The translations under genes and the position numbers were made by a program. The notes under the pieces were generated by a model, which worked only from the letters and a program-made list of their open reading frames with translations, ran no database searches and was not told the DNA's origin. From a virus (taxonomy: Duplodnaviria > Heunggongvirae > Uroviricota > Caudoviricetes): a DNA stretch of 64,000 nucleotides. How positions within the stretch are numbered: the stretch's first letter is position 1; each line of letters opens with the position of its first letter. Positions 7,773 through 16,289 of the stretch are shown one piece after another. The stretch is from IMG/VR virus record IMGVR_UViG_3300029911_000006; one strand, 5' to 3'.

Positions 7773-8093
7773 TCAGTCCCAGTAAGGTGTGCCAGTTACG
7801 GTAGGCGTGATGCCGTTGGCCCGGTCGATGTACTCGCGGTAGTAATCGGACGCTGAGGGGATGCTGATGCTGCTGTGCCCGGTGAGACCCAGCTTATAGT
7901 TCATGAGGCCCAGCCGGGAGTTGATGGCGGAGTCGTCCCCGGCCAGCTTCTTGTAGTCGGAGGGCAGGAGGTCGATGTGGAGCCAGCCCCACGCGGTACC
8001 CCGGCCACCAGTCACGCTGAACTTCAGGCCACGCTTTTTGAGGGCGGCTTTGATTTGGGCGAGGGCTTCATTGCGGTCGATGGATTGGCTCAT
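7773..8093 (-). CDS. hypothetical protein (106 aa)
   Basis: Track ORF. ATGA coupling. Confidence 0.55.
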   Translation of the reverse strand: MSQSIDRNEALAQIKAALKKRGLKFSVTGGRGTAWGWLHIDLLPSDYKKLAGDDSAINSRLGLMNYKLGLTGHSSISIPSASDYYREYIDRANGITPTVTGTPYWD

Positions 8094-8335
8094 ACTCGTG
8101 TCTTCCTTCCTGTGATGACGTTGACCAGCGTGGTGCCGGGGGCGAAGTTCGCACGCATCTCGAACATCTCTTCGGCGGAAGGCTTGACGTTCCGCATCTT
8201 GCGGCGGTAGTCGGCACAGACCTTGTTGGTCTGCTCCGTCCGCTTCGCTTCGGTCGCTTTGAAGTTGAAGCTGGGAACTTGGTCGATGAAGTATTCCTTG
8301 ATGGTGTCAGCCGGGGGAACCGCATCGTTGGTCAA
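8090..8335 (-). CDS. hypothetical protein (81 aa) with an apparent TTG start
   Basis: Protein-like frame with no in-frame ATG. An in-frame TAA lies 17 codons upstream. It follows a variant promoter motif. Confidence 0.35.
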   Translation of the reverse strand: MTNDAVPPADTIKEYFIDQVPSFNFKATEAKRTEQTNKVCADYRRKMRNVKPSAEEMFEMRANFAPGTTLVNVITGRKTRV

Positions 8336-8392
8336 CCAGTGAGGGACACCAGCCTCCAGCCCCGAACAACTATTTTTAGAAAATTTTTACCC
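8336..8392 (-). promoter_or_regulatory. promoter-motif variant (UP element and GTTGTTCGGGG box present, no TATACT)
   Basis: Minus strand reads AAAAATTTTCTAAAAATAGTTGTTCGGGGCTGGAGG... Confidence 0.3.
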
Positions 8393-8401
8393 CTGTGTTT
8401 T

Positions 8402-8731
8402 CTAGTAGGTGTAGTCGGATGCGTCGTATTTGAACGCCATTTTCTTGACGGCGGCAGCAGTGAGTTGGTTGATGAGCGGGTTGTGCCACTTGTCGCCGAT
8501 GGGGACGTGGATGAGTTGGAGAGGGCTGGTGGTCAGGATGACGTAGAGGGCGTGGCCGTCTCCCATGGGGAGGGCGACCTGAAGACCCTTGTGAGTGCCG
8601 GAGCCCTTCGTCTTGGCGTACTCAACAATCTTGCCGACGTACTCGCCTTCCTTCGCCATCCAATCCTTGCTGGTGTAGTCGGACTCGAAGTTCCCGATTT
8701 CATCTGGTACTTTGAACGCACGGTTAGCCAT
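8402..8731 (-). CDS. hypothetical protein (109 aa)
   Basis: MANRAFKVPDE... AGGAG Shine-Dalgarno. AATGGCTAA overlap with the upstream small ORF. Confidence 0.55.
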   Translation of the reverse strand: MANRAFKVPDEIGNFESDYTSKDWMAKEGEYVGKIVEYAKTKGSGTHKGLQVALPMGDGHALYVILTTSPLQLIHVPIGDKWHNPLINQLTAAAVKKMAFKYDASDYTY

Positions 8732-8912
8732 TGGGATACTCCTGTGGGAAAAGGGACGAGGGGTTGATGTAGACGGTGCAGTGAGGGTGTCGGGCCTCGT
8801 TGGCTTTGAGTTCCATCCACTCCAATGCTGCTTCGACGTTGGCATCTTTCCGATTGGGGGACGGTCTGAAGGTCAAGGTGACCGTAAAACGTATGAAATT
8901 GAACCCGGACAC
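8724..8912 (-). CDS. possible small protein (GTG start)
   Basis: Track ORF. It is coupled to the downstream gene. Weak support. Confidence 0.25.
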   Translation of the reverse strand: MSGFNFIRFTVTLTFRPSPNRKDANVEAALEWMELKANEARHPHCTVYINPSSLFPQEYPNG

Positions 8913-8945
8913 GGCTGAAGCAGCCAGCGTTCATTGCGACCGCAA

Positions 8946-9284
8946 TCAAGTCAAAAGGATTCGAGGCTGTCGAGGGTGTATTGAAGGGACTTCACAGTAC
9001 CCCGCTTTCTTGAGCAACGCCGTGAGTTCGCTGGGGTTGACATAGACGTACCCATCAATGGACTGAAGCGTAAGCAGCATCTTCGCCATCTCAGCAGAGG
9101 CAGCGAACAGCTTTGCATTGGCCTCACGGGTGGGACGGTCAACGTCCACCGCGTACCCGATGGTGAACTCGTTCTCGGGGCCGGGGTCGTCGGAGTATAT
9201 GCGGGTGGCGTTCATGGGAGACAGGTCGTGTTGGAACCCGTAAGGGAATGGTTCTGTCTGCCAGTTGCCGGGTGTGTGTGGCAT
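8946..9284 (-). CDS. hypothetical protein (112 aa)
   Basis: CAGGAGAACTC-ATG Shine-Dalgarno. Downstream of promoter copy 5. Confidence 0.55.
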   Translation of the reverse strand: MPHTPGNWQTEPFPYGFQHDLSPMNATRIYSDDPGPENEFTIGYAVDVDRPTREANAKLFAASAEMAKMLLTLQSIDGYVYVNPSELTALLKKAGYCEVPSIHPRQPRILLT

Positions 9285-9339
9285 GAGTTCTCCTGTGTCG
9301 TTTGTCTCTTTGATTGCCGCTTCTCCAGACCAACCTCAC

Positions 9340-9398
9340 ATCGTTAGTATACCGGAGCCCACACGATTCTGAACAACTAATTTGGAATATTTATACCA
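9340..9398 (-). promoter_or_regulatory. conserved phage promoter, copy 5
   Basis: Minus strand reads AAATATTCCAAATTAGTTGTTCAGAATCGTGTGGGCTCCGGTATACTAACG. Confidence 0.65.
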
Positions 9399-9682
9399 GA
9401 TGCACTTCGCACATGAGTGATGGCAGTGGGGAGATTCTTCGCCTTTGCCTTGACATACGCAGTCTGCGGAATCTCATTCCACATGCCGAACTTCCACACG
9501 AAGAACTGGGGGACAGGGAGCATGTGGAATTTCTTGTAGTGGTTCAGAGCGTGGAGAGGGTGCCGCAGCCTCATCCGGCAGTTGAGGCACTGCTGGTGCT
9601 CCTTGAAGAAGGCGTAGTAGGTGTCTGGAAATCTAACATCGTTCCAGCGAGACTCATTCCAAAGTGTTAGCTGGGTTGCCAT
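9377..9682 (-). CDS. small protein with a C2H2-like zinc-finger motif (C-x2-C-x12-H-x4-H)
   Basis: CLNCRMRLRHPLHALNHYKKFH. Leaderless ATG 6 nt after TATACT (MATQLTLW). Confidence 0.5.
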   Translation of the reverse strand: MATQLTLWNESRWNDVRFPDTYYAFFKEHQQCLNCRMRLRHPLHALNHYKKFHMLPVPQFFVWKFGMWNEIPQTAYVKAKAKNLPTAITHVRSASGINIPN

Positions 9683-9750
9683 ACCCCTAGTATACGGACG
9701 GTTACACACTTCTGCACAACAATTTGTGCAACAAATTGTGGAAAACAGGG
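9683..9750 (-). promoter_or_regulatory. conserved phage promoter, copy 6 (leaderless)
   Basis: Minus strand reads ...TTGTTGTGCAGAAGTGTGTAACCGTCCGTATACTAGGGGTATG. Confidence 0.6.
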
Positions 9751-9765
9751 GCCTAGTGGGTACCC

Positions 9766-10080
9766 CTATCTTTTATCGTTTTGTTTGGACTTGGCAGCGG
9801 TCATCATGTTGGCGATGTCCGAGAACGTCGCTGTGCCCTTGTTGATGCCGTAAGGCAACGCGATGAGACCGATGAGAGCGGTGATGAGCATGGGCATGTT
9901 TGCCAGCCATACAGATACCTGCATAGGGTCTGTTAGTGTATAGATGTGACGGAAGCATCCCCAAATCAGGTGCATAGAGAAGGCTGAGAATACAAACATA
10001 AGCACACGTGTGGACGACGGTGTGCCATCGGGCTCAGAGACAAGCGCGTGGAGCCAGCCTAGAATCCTCTGGATAAACAT
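9766..10080 (-). CDS. membrane protein (104 aa)
   Basis: Hydrophobic. GGAGGG Shine-Dalgarno. Confidence 0.55.
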   Translation of the reverse strand: MFIQRILGWLHALVSEPDGTPSSTRVLMFVFSAFSMHLIWGCFRHIYTLTDPMQVSVWLANMPMLITALIGLIALPYGINKGTATFSDIANMMTAAKSKQNDKR

Positions 10081-10173
10081 AGCGAAACCCTCCTACCTAT
10101 GGATTCCGCAGTCCTCTTATTTATCTTACTTTTCGGTTGCAGCCGTACTTACGAGTTTCATCTTCAGTTCTCC

Positions 10174-10767
10174 CTAACGTTGTAGGCTGGTTAGTTCCCG
10201 GCTCAAATTATCGATAGCCTGAAGAGTAAACTCGTTCTCGAACTCAGGTGTAATGTACAGCCGGTCTCGTTTCAGCATCTGGCGAAGGACAGCCGTGCGT
10301 CCCTTCTTCCACAACTCGTCCTCAGCCCAGCGATACTCTTCTCGTACGCTGGTCACGTATGAGTCATACGTGAGGGGCTCTTCGCCCAGCACCGCGAGGT
10401 CGATGTCGTTGATGACGCTTATAGGTTCCGCTGAGGGACTGGTGGCGAGGATATAGCGACCGGCTTCATCCGACTCGTCCATGGTCAAGCCAAGAGCCGA
10501 GGCTACGTGCATAAGGTTGTCGGCACTCATCTGCTCATTGTTGGACTGCTTGGAGTCATAGGTTGAATCGTGCCACCCCCACGCGAACAACTGCACTCGC
10601 GACAGGGGTTTAGAGGGGAATAGTCGGTTGTACACCGACAGCCCATATTCAATGTGACCCCACACGTGATAGAACCTGCTGTCTACAGGCTCCTTGTACC
10701 GGGCTATCAAACGGTCTAGCACCGACTCCCCAGCGGGTGCGTATGTCAAAAACTCTTCAGTAAACAA
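10174..10767 (-). CDS. putative HD-domain phosphohydrolase-like protein (197 aa)
   Basis: YHVWGH...WGWHDSTYD resembles the H..HD metal-binding signature. Tentative. Confidence 0.4.
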   Translation of the reverse strand: MFTEEFLTYAPAGESVLDRLIARYKEPVDSRFYHVWGHIEYGLSVYNRLFPSKPLSRVQLFAWGWHDSTYDSKQSNNEQMSADNLMHVASALGLTMDESDEAGRYILATSPSAEPISVINDIDLAVLGEEPLTYDSYVTSVREEYRWAEDELWKKGRTAVLRQMLKRDRLYITPEFENEFTLQAIDNLSRELTSLQR

Positions 10768-10776
10768 CGTGGCCCC

Positions 10777-11028
10777 TTACCCTTCTGAATCTACAAATGT
10801 GACGAACTGAACCATGGGAGGCATGTCGGCTGCAATGACTCGGCTGTTCTTCGGCGTCTCGGCCCACACATGCATAGGCATACTCAGCATGTAAGCGTCC
10901 TCGTCTCCCTCTTTGAACTTCTCACCGAAGTGGCGAATGAACGTAGCGAACTTACGCTGGTCAATCTTGATGGTGGTGGTACCCTTCCTCTGCTTTTTCT
11001 GTGCCGCAAGAGATAGTTGCTTAGCCAT
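10777..11028 (-). CDS. hypothetical protein (83 aa)
   Basis: Track ORF adjacent to the next gene. Confidence 0.5.
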   Translation of the reverse strand: MAKQLSLAAQKKQRKGTTTIKIDQRKFATFIRHFGEKFKEGDEDAYMLSMPMHVWAETPKNSRVIAADMPPMVQFVTFVDSEG

Positions 11029-11669
11029 TAGTACAAGGTCTCCAATTGGTTGTCGATGTACGACTGAACTTCCTTCAGCTTGGCTTCAGGGTCGAGCGTG
11101 GTGGTGCTGGCGATGACCCGAAGCATGGAAAGCGTTTCGCGGAGATTCTCTTTGTCGGGATTCTGATGCATGATGGCTTCCCGGTCAAACCATTCAGGGG
11201 AGGCTCCCACACGTTTGAGTTCGTTGGTGCCGACACCGGAACGCTTGAACAGTTCATTCACAGCATCGAGGAAAGCGAATTGGCCGAACGGCTCCACTCG
11301 GATGTAGCGGTCAAGCTTCTTGTGGTCACGGAGTGCGTGCATCTCCTCGGGGCACAGCGGGTCTTCCAGCCAGTAGAAATCCTGCGTACGCTTCGGGTCG
11401 AGAACGTAGCCAGCCTTACGCCATGGATGGCGCGGGTGCGTCTCCCAGTCTGCGTAGCCTATGTTGGTGTTGATGTAGGAGCCGTAGAGAGAACGGACGA
11501 GGGCGAAGATGTCTTTCTTCGGCCACATGGTGAGCCATTCACAATCGTACAGCTTAGTGAGCACGCGAAGCTGAGTGAGAGCACCGGGACGGAGGTCGAA
11601 GCCGGAACCCTTATAGCAGTTCGCGATGATCGTGTCATCCACGTCGATGAAAAGTTTATATTTTTTCGC
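11028..11669 (-). CDS. HAD-superfamily hydrolase (DxDxT motif FIDVDDTII)
   Basis: N-terminal HAD motif I. GTGAGG Shine-Dalgarno. Confidence 0.55.
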   Translation of the reverse strand, partial: AKKYKLFIDVDDTIIANCYKGSGFDLRPGALTQLRVLTKLYDCEWLTMWPKKDIFALVRSLYGSYINTNIGYADWETHPRHPWRKAGYVLDPKRTQDFYWLEDPLCPEEMHALRDHKKLDRYIRVEPFGQFAFLDAVNELFKRSGVGTNELKRVGASPEWFDREAIMHQNPDKENLRETLSMLRVIASTTTLDPEAKLKEVQSYIDNQLETLY

Positions 11670-11720
11670 CATTAGTGACCTCACGGTGAGTACGACTCTT
11701 GCTCTCTCTAATACTCCGTT

Positions 11721-11837
11721 TTACATCTTGACGGTGGGGTCAACCAGCATCGGATGATAGACAGCGTTCAGTATCAACACAGCACCAAAAAGTACCAGTA
11801 ACAATGCGAAAATGTATGCAAGTGTTGTCGGTTTCAT
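11721..11837 (-). CDS. small hydrophobic peptide (38 aa, MKPTTLAYIFALLLVLFGAVLILNAVYHPMLVDPTVKM)
   Basis: Hand-translated. ATGA overlap with the upstream gene stop. Confidence 0.35.
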   Translation of the reverse strand: MKPTTLAYIFALLLVLFGAVLILNAVYHPMLVDPTVKM

Positions 11838-12214
11838 GCTTGTGCTTTCTCTCCTACCCGAAGGGCTTCCTGAGCTTCTTTCAGTTGAGCCGTAAGAATT
11901 TTGATGTGTCTTTTCTTACGAAAGATAAAGGACTCCTTGGCCTCAGCCTTGGTCGGACACGCGAACCTCTTCTTCGCATCCCGCAGAATGAACCGCTTCT
12001 CACCGAAGTAAGTCAGGGTCACCCACACCCCTTTCGGGGTGGTCTTCACCACTTCGTATTCACGCCATGAGACCTGAGGCCGGTCGAAGTAGACGTTCTC
12101 CCACTCGTCCAAATGGGAGTAGGTGACTACCTCCAAGCGGTACCAAACTTCCGCTGTGTATGGTTTCTCTCCGCTGAGTATCCCGCCCGTTCTTTGTACC
12201 TCAGCCATTGTCAC
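11834..12214 (-). CDS. hypothetical protein (126 aa)
   Basis: Track ORF. Confidence 0.5.
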   Translation of the reverse strand: MTMAEVQRTGGILSGEKPYTAEVWYRLEVVTYSHLDEWENVYFDRPQVSWREYEVVKTTPKGVWVTLTYFGEKRFILRDAKKRFACPTKAEAKESFIFRKKRHIKILTAQLKEAQEALRVGEKAQA

Positions 12215-12429
12215 CCCAACCTCCGAACACAGTCTATCTCAAGCTCATCCATGGTGACACCCAACGGGGCTAGTTCACTGTCACGGATTATTACGTACTC
12301 TGCATGGACGCGGTTGAGGTCGGCCTGTGTGGGTGGGTCGGGAACAGTGAACCGTCCCGTGAGACTCATGTATTCACTCATGAGGTCGTCAATAGCCGCC
12401 CATGCCGCGTTGTATAGCTCGTCTGTCAT
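12211..12429 (-). CDS. hypothetical protein (72 aa)
   Basis: Track ORF. ATGA coupling. Confidence 0.45.
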   Translation of the reverse strand: MTDELYNAAWAAIDDLMSEYMSLTGRFTVPDPPTQADLNRVHAEYVIIRDSELAPLGVTMDELEIDCVRRLG

Positions 12430-12450
12430 GGCATCTCTAATAGTTTCAGT

Positions 12451-12693
12451 TTACAACGCCTTTCGAATCTTCTTGAGACGTTCAACGGCCCGGAGGAATA
12501 CCAGCCGGTCGTGTTCGATGTTGTTCCTCTCCTCCTCATCCCTCTCGTCCGTCTTGGCAAGAAGGAGACCAGCAGCAAGACCCTCAATGAAGCTAATTTC
12601 CTCATCAAGGTCTCTCTGCTCTGGTGTATCCTTTGATTCCATTTTTGTATCGCCAAAGTAGTCGTTCTCAAATGCAAAATCACCGCGTCCCAT
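12451..12693 (-). CDS. hypothetical acidic helical protein (80 aa)
   Basis: Track ORF; preferred over the overlapping frame 12426..12683. Confidence 0.45.
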   Translation of the reverse strand: MGRGDFAFENDYFGDTKMESKDTPEQRDLDEEISFIEGLAAGLLLAKTDERDEEERNNIEHDRLVFLRAVERLKKIRKAL

Positions 12694-12695
12694 GT

Positions 12696-13028
12696 TTACT
12701 CCTCTTCTTCAGTCTCTCTGGTACACCAGCTACAGGGTGGGTGCCCCATATGGCAGTAGCAACTCGTCGGAGCCTCGTATTCCGGCTCCGGTTCAGATGC
12801 GGCTTTAGGCTTACGATTTGGTATGCCCAGTTTCTTGTTGAGTGCGTAGCGTGCTCTAGCACGTTCCTTGCGTCTCTCATGTTTAATGTGTCTAACTTGA
12901 CGCGCTTGCTCCCCCATTATTCGCGATAGAGCCATAAACCCATCGAAGATGTCGTGTACGACATGAGGGCCGGAATCATGCGATGCCTGTACGATTTTGT
13001 TTATTTCCTTTTGAGCCTCATCGCTCAT
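12696..13028 (-). CDS. hypothetical protein with a C-terminal Cys/His cluster (CYCHMGHPPCSWC)
   Basis: AGGATGCGTG-ATG Shine-Dalgarno. It overlaps the upstream HNH gene tail. Confidence 0.5.
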   Translation of the reverse strand: MSDEAQKEINKIVQASHDSGPHVVHDIFDGFMALSRIMGEQARQVRHIKHERRKERARARYALNKKLGIPNRKPKAASEPEPEYEAPTSCYCHMGHPPCSWCTRETEEEE

Positions 13029-13581
13029 CACGCATCCTTAGTGGGTGGTCTTCGGGGGTGCAACCCCCATACCGTTTAGCATTGTGACAATTAGCACAGA
13101 GAAGGTGTAAATCGTCTCGTTTAGGTTGACTCAGCACCATCTTGAAGTACCGAGAGCCTCTGATTGAAGGTGGTAGAGCTTTTCTCTCTACGTTACCATC
13201 GTCGTTCTTGTGGTCGAGTTGGAGGTACTTGTAGTTTGAAGTTCCACAGCAAGTACACCGACCGCCATACCTTGTTATTACTCGAATTCGTACGTCTCGG
13301 TGTTGAGCCTTTGACTTCTTTCTTCCTCGCTCCCTACACACCGAACAACTGGTGATACCCTGAACTGCCTTACGGGTGAGGCACTGCCTACAGTTACCTT
13401 CGGGTCTATTATACTTCTGTTTTTGCGATGTAGCCTTTCTTACTTTTCTACAACCAGCACATCGTAAGACTCCTTCAACGGGAGGGTTCTGCCCACAGGC
13501 AACGCATACCCCCGACTCCCGTCTACTGTGATACTTCATCAGGGCGTTCTCAGCCCGTTTCCTTCTCTCTTCTAAAGTCAT
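13018..13581 (-). CDS. HNH endonuclease with an N-terminal Cys-rich zinc-finger region
   Basis: HNH motif LQLDHKNDDG...LLCANCHNAK. GGAGG Shine-Dalgarno sits inside the hairpin AGCCTC-ttatatg-GAGGCT. Confidence 0.7.
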   Translation of the reverse strand: MTLEERRKRAENALMKYHSRRESGVCVACGQNPPVEGVLRCAGCRKVRKATSQKQKYNRPEGNCRQCLTRKAVQGITSCSVCRERGRKKSKAQHRDVRIRVITRYGGRCTCCGTSNYKYLQLDHKNDDGNVERKALPPSIRGSRYFKMVLSQPKRDDLHLLCANCHNAKRYGGCTPEDHPLRMRDER

Positions 13582-13588
13582 ATCCCAG

Positions 13589-13607
13589 CCTCCATATAAG
13601 AGGCTGA
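13589..13607 (-). promoter_or_regulatory. hairpin sequestering the Shine-Dalgarno of the HNH gene (AGCCTC/GAGGCT, 6-bp stem)
   Basis: Seen directly; the GGAGGCT sequence forms the 3' arm. Confidence 0.3.
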
Positions 13608-13619
13608 AAGTATCCAAAC

Positions 13620-14645
13620 TCAACTACACGCGGGTATTTTCAATCCATTGAACCTTACGGGTTGGCTCATCCAGTGTTCGTCGGTTTGTACATGACCCTT
13701 CCGAACCCACTTAGCCATGAGGGTGGGGAACTCCTTCAAGGTGAAGCTCCTCGTGGGTCGAAACACGAGACCCTCCTGCCGTTCGAAGTTTAGAGTAGAA
13801 GCAAGGTCGTCCACCAATCCATCCTTCCACAATCCTCGATACAGAACGGGGACGGTAGGTAGGTTCAACAGCCCAGCGTACTCAGCCGTATCATCCCATG
13901 ATAGACACTTATGCCCCTCCCAAATATTGAAGATGAAGAAGTAAGAAGATAAGTCAAAGTATTCGATGGAGTGTATGGCTGTGACGTTCTCCCCGATAAC
14001 ACGAAACCCAAGGGGGATGTCGTTGGCAACCTGAGCCCAAATTGCTTTTATGAACGTCCGAGAAGGATGGGGACTGAATTCCAGTGACCTAGCATGGATG
14101 AAGTCCCTCGCCATGGTCGTACCCTCTCCATCCATCTTCTCGGTTACTACCACTTCTAACCCGTCCCATTGGTCAGTGGACGTGTGCATCCGGTCGTCAT
14201 TGCTAAGTCCGGGGGAGGAGGGCCAGTGGAAGGTTTTTGGGTACTTGTACTTATCCGTGAAGAGGTACAGGTGGTTCTTTAGGGCTCGTTGGACTCCTTC
14301 TTCGAAGAAGAGTTCCCCCATGAAACGCTGTCCGTTTGGAAGGACAGGGTTGCCCCACTTGTCGTAGGCTCCCTCTTCTTCGAGATGCGGAGGGTACACT
14401 GGTCGAGTGATTCCGGCGTCGAGGCGTAGAGTATCACAGTCGAGTCCAGTGGACTCGGCGTCAAGGTGACATCCTCCACACAAGGTGACCCCGTTAGAAA
14501 GGTAATATCCGCCATCAGGAAATAGTCTCCGTTCGAGAATGTGATGAGCGTCCACACCCGGCTGGCCGCAGTGGACACACGTATGCTTGTCTCTGGCGAA
14601 GACCTCTTCGCGGAAGTCGTCTCGGGTTAGAAGTACAGGTGTCAT
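13620..14645 (-). CDS. HNH nuclease domain fused to an ATP-dependent RNA ligase-like nucleotidyltransferase
   Basis: N-terminus: HTCVHCGQ...DAHHILERR...NGVTLCGGCH (HNH). C-terminus: TEKMDGEGT (motif I KxDG), FRVIGEN (III), EGLVFR (IV), AKWVRK (V). Size fits the Rnl family. Confidence 0.55.
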   Translation of the reverse strand: MTPVLLTRDDFREEVFARDKHTCVHCGQPGVDAHHILERRLFPDGGYYLSNGVTLCGGCHLDAESTGLDCDTLRLDAGITRPVYPPHLEEEGAYDKWGNPVLPNGQRFMGELFFEEGVQRALKNHLYLFTDKYKYPKTFHWPSSPGLSNDDRMHTSTDQWDGLEVVVTEKMDGEGTTMARDFIHARSLEFSPHPSRTFIKAIWAQVANDIPLGFRVIGENVTAIHSIEYFDLSSYFFIFNIWEGHKCLSWDDTAEYAGLLNLPTVPVLYRGLWKDGLVDDLASTLNFERQEGLVFRPTRSFTLKEFPTLMAKWVRKGHVQTDEHWMSQPVRFNGLKIPACS

Positions 14646-14660
14646 GTCTCATCTATTGTA

Positions 14661-15164
14661 TCAGCATTGCGAGATAAGCTTACCTGTGAATGGGACTATG
14701 TTCTCATACCCGCACTTGCAAACGACATAGGTGCTTAGGGTTGGCAGGAACACGCAGTGTTCGCCCTTGATGCGTACCTTACACTCCTTGCAACGAATGT
14801 CAAAGGTGTGCCCCTTCGGTTTGGTTTCACCGGGATTCCTCTTCAGGTGGTTCATCGAACTGCAACTCCGGGCACGTACTTCACCCAAGTACACAGGCTT
14901 GCGGAACTTGAACTTACCCTCGTACTTCTTCACATCGTAGGCATAGTCATACCCGATTTTGATGTGGCACTTCTCGATAGTCTTGGGGAGTCTGCCGTAC
15001 TTACCCAAGAACTCAATGTCATCCACCACCGTAGGCAGCGGGAACTTCTTCGGGACTTTGATGGTCACGTTGTCGGTGTACTGGTCGCCGTCGCACAGAA
15101 CCACGTCGATTGTCCGGGCCTTGGCGTCCACCCACGCGAGTGTGCCGATGCATGTGTAGCTCAT
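14661..15164 (-). CDS. Cys-rich hypothetical protein (167 aa)
   Basis: AAGGATGTGGGC-ATG Shine-Dalgarno. ATGA overlap. Confidence 0.5.
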   Translation of the reverse strand: MSYTCIGTLAWVDAKARTIDVVLCDGDQYTDNVTIKVPKKFPLPTVVDDIEFLGKYGRLPKTIEKCHIKIGYDYAYDVKKYEGKFKFRKPVYLGEVRARSCSSMNHLKRNPGETKPKGHTFDIRCKECKVRIKGEHCVFLPTLSTYVVCKCGYENIVPFTGKLISQC

Positions 15165-15799
15165 GCCCACATCCTTTTCCGGTTCGCTGCTTCGATGATG
15201 GCTTCATAGTCCATCCCGGCTCCATGCAGCGGGTCAATCTCAACCTCTTCGTATTCCTTCTCCCAGCTTGTGAAGGTCATGTGTTCGCCATCGGGACTGC
15301 CGAACATGCGAGTGACCTCAACCATCGAGGGCACCAGCGTAGATTGAAACAGCGGTTCACCGGTGATGAGGTCGATGACAGGAACACCTTGTACCCACTC
15401 AGAGCCCGGATGACCCTGCTCAACAAACTTCTGAACCCTGACCTTACGGGGTTTCATATCCTCGCTCACTTCACCGACCGAGTGAGGGACTTCAATCTCA
15501 AGCAGCGTGGAGTAGGAGGTAGAGTGTTGCAAGCCGTGCTCGAACTCTGCATGGTCATAGCCGTAGGCCGGGTTGGAGTAAGCGTACATCATCTTCGTGT
15601 TGGTATCGACCACCAAGTCCCAAGCACCGTTCACAACCTTGGCCCGGATGACGCCATTCTCCGTCTTGACGTTGCTGACCACATGAGCGGCCCCGTCAAT
15701 GAACAGCACCTTCTGTCCCTCAGGCAGAGAGATAGGAAGCTGCGTTGCCACAGCGGCCATCACGGCGGATTTGAGAAACCATCTGCGGCTGAAGTCCAT
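15161..15799 (-). CDS. secreted/periplasmic protein with a twin-arginine (Tat) signal peptide (MDFSRRWFLKSAVMAAVATQLP)
   Basis: SRRxFLK consensus followed by a hydrophobic h-region. TAATG coupling. Confidence 0.55.
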   Translation of the reverse strand: MDFSRRWFLKSAVMAAVATQLPISLPEGQKVLFIDGAAHVVSNVKTENGVIRAKVVNGAWDLVVDTNTKMMYAYSNPAYGYDHAEFEHGLQHSTSYSTLLEIEVPHSVGEVSEDMKPRKVRVQKFVEQGHPGSEWVQGVPVIDLITGEPLFQSTLVPSMVEVTRMFGSPDGEHMTFTSWEKEYEEVEIDPLHGAGMDYEAIIEAANRKRMWA

Positions 15800-15987
15800 T
15801 AGTCGTACGCATCACTTTCATATGAGGGGAAGCACCACATGCCGATTGCGGCGGATATTGTCGCTGCCCCAAGTACACCCGGTAGACCCCAGTTGTGCTT
15901 GACTACGACATCAGCCAGAGCGAACAGAGAGCCTAACTGAGCGGCCATCTGCCCGATGAAGAGACGAGCTTTAGTTGAGCCCTTCAT
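15799..15987 (-). CDS. small membrane protein (62 aa)
   Basis: Hydrophobic track ORF. Confidence 0.45.
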   Translation of the reverse strand: MKGSTKARLFIGQMAAQLGSLFALADVVVKHNWGLPGVLGAATISAAIGMWCFPSYESDAYD

Positions 15988-16289
15988 AGCGTCCTCAAAA
16001 TCTCCTCAAGAGCAAAGACGTTCGGACACTTCCGAACCTTCTCACGGGTTTCGAGCAGAGAGCTAAGCTGCTTGGTAACCTCGATAATCTTCTTGTCAAT
16101 GACCTTCTCAGTGCGGGTCATCGCCTTACGCATGGCGGAGGCAGTCTGAATCGCACACGGGTAGGTGTAGCGGTCGTAGTCGTACCCGTTGCTCTCTTTG
16201 ACGGTGTGATAGAAGAGACCGTCGCCACCCTCTACTCTCGCACTCTTCCGCTTGCAGTGAGCACACTCTGGCTTTGCTTGTGCTTTCAT
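15984..16289 (-). CDS. hypothetical protein (101 aa)
   Basis: Track ORF. ATGA coupling. Confidence 0.5.
   Translation of the reverse strand: MKAQAKPECAHCKRKSARVEGGDGLFYHTVKESNGYDYDRYTYPCAIQTASAMRKAMTRTEKVIDKKIIEVTKQLSSLLETREKVRKCPNVFALEEILRTL

Noticed and set aside
8068-8325. Track ORF (85 aa) overlapping 8090..8335
   Set aside because: P/S/R/T-rich low-complexity translation. The alternative frame is protein-like.
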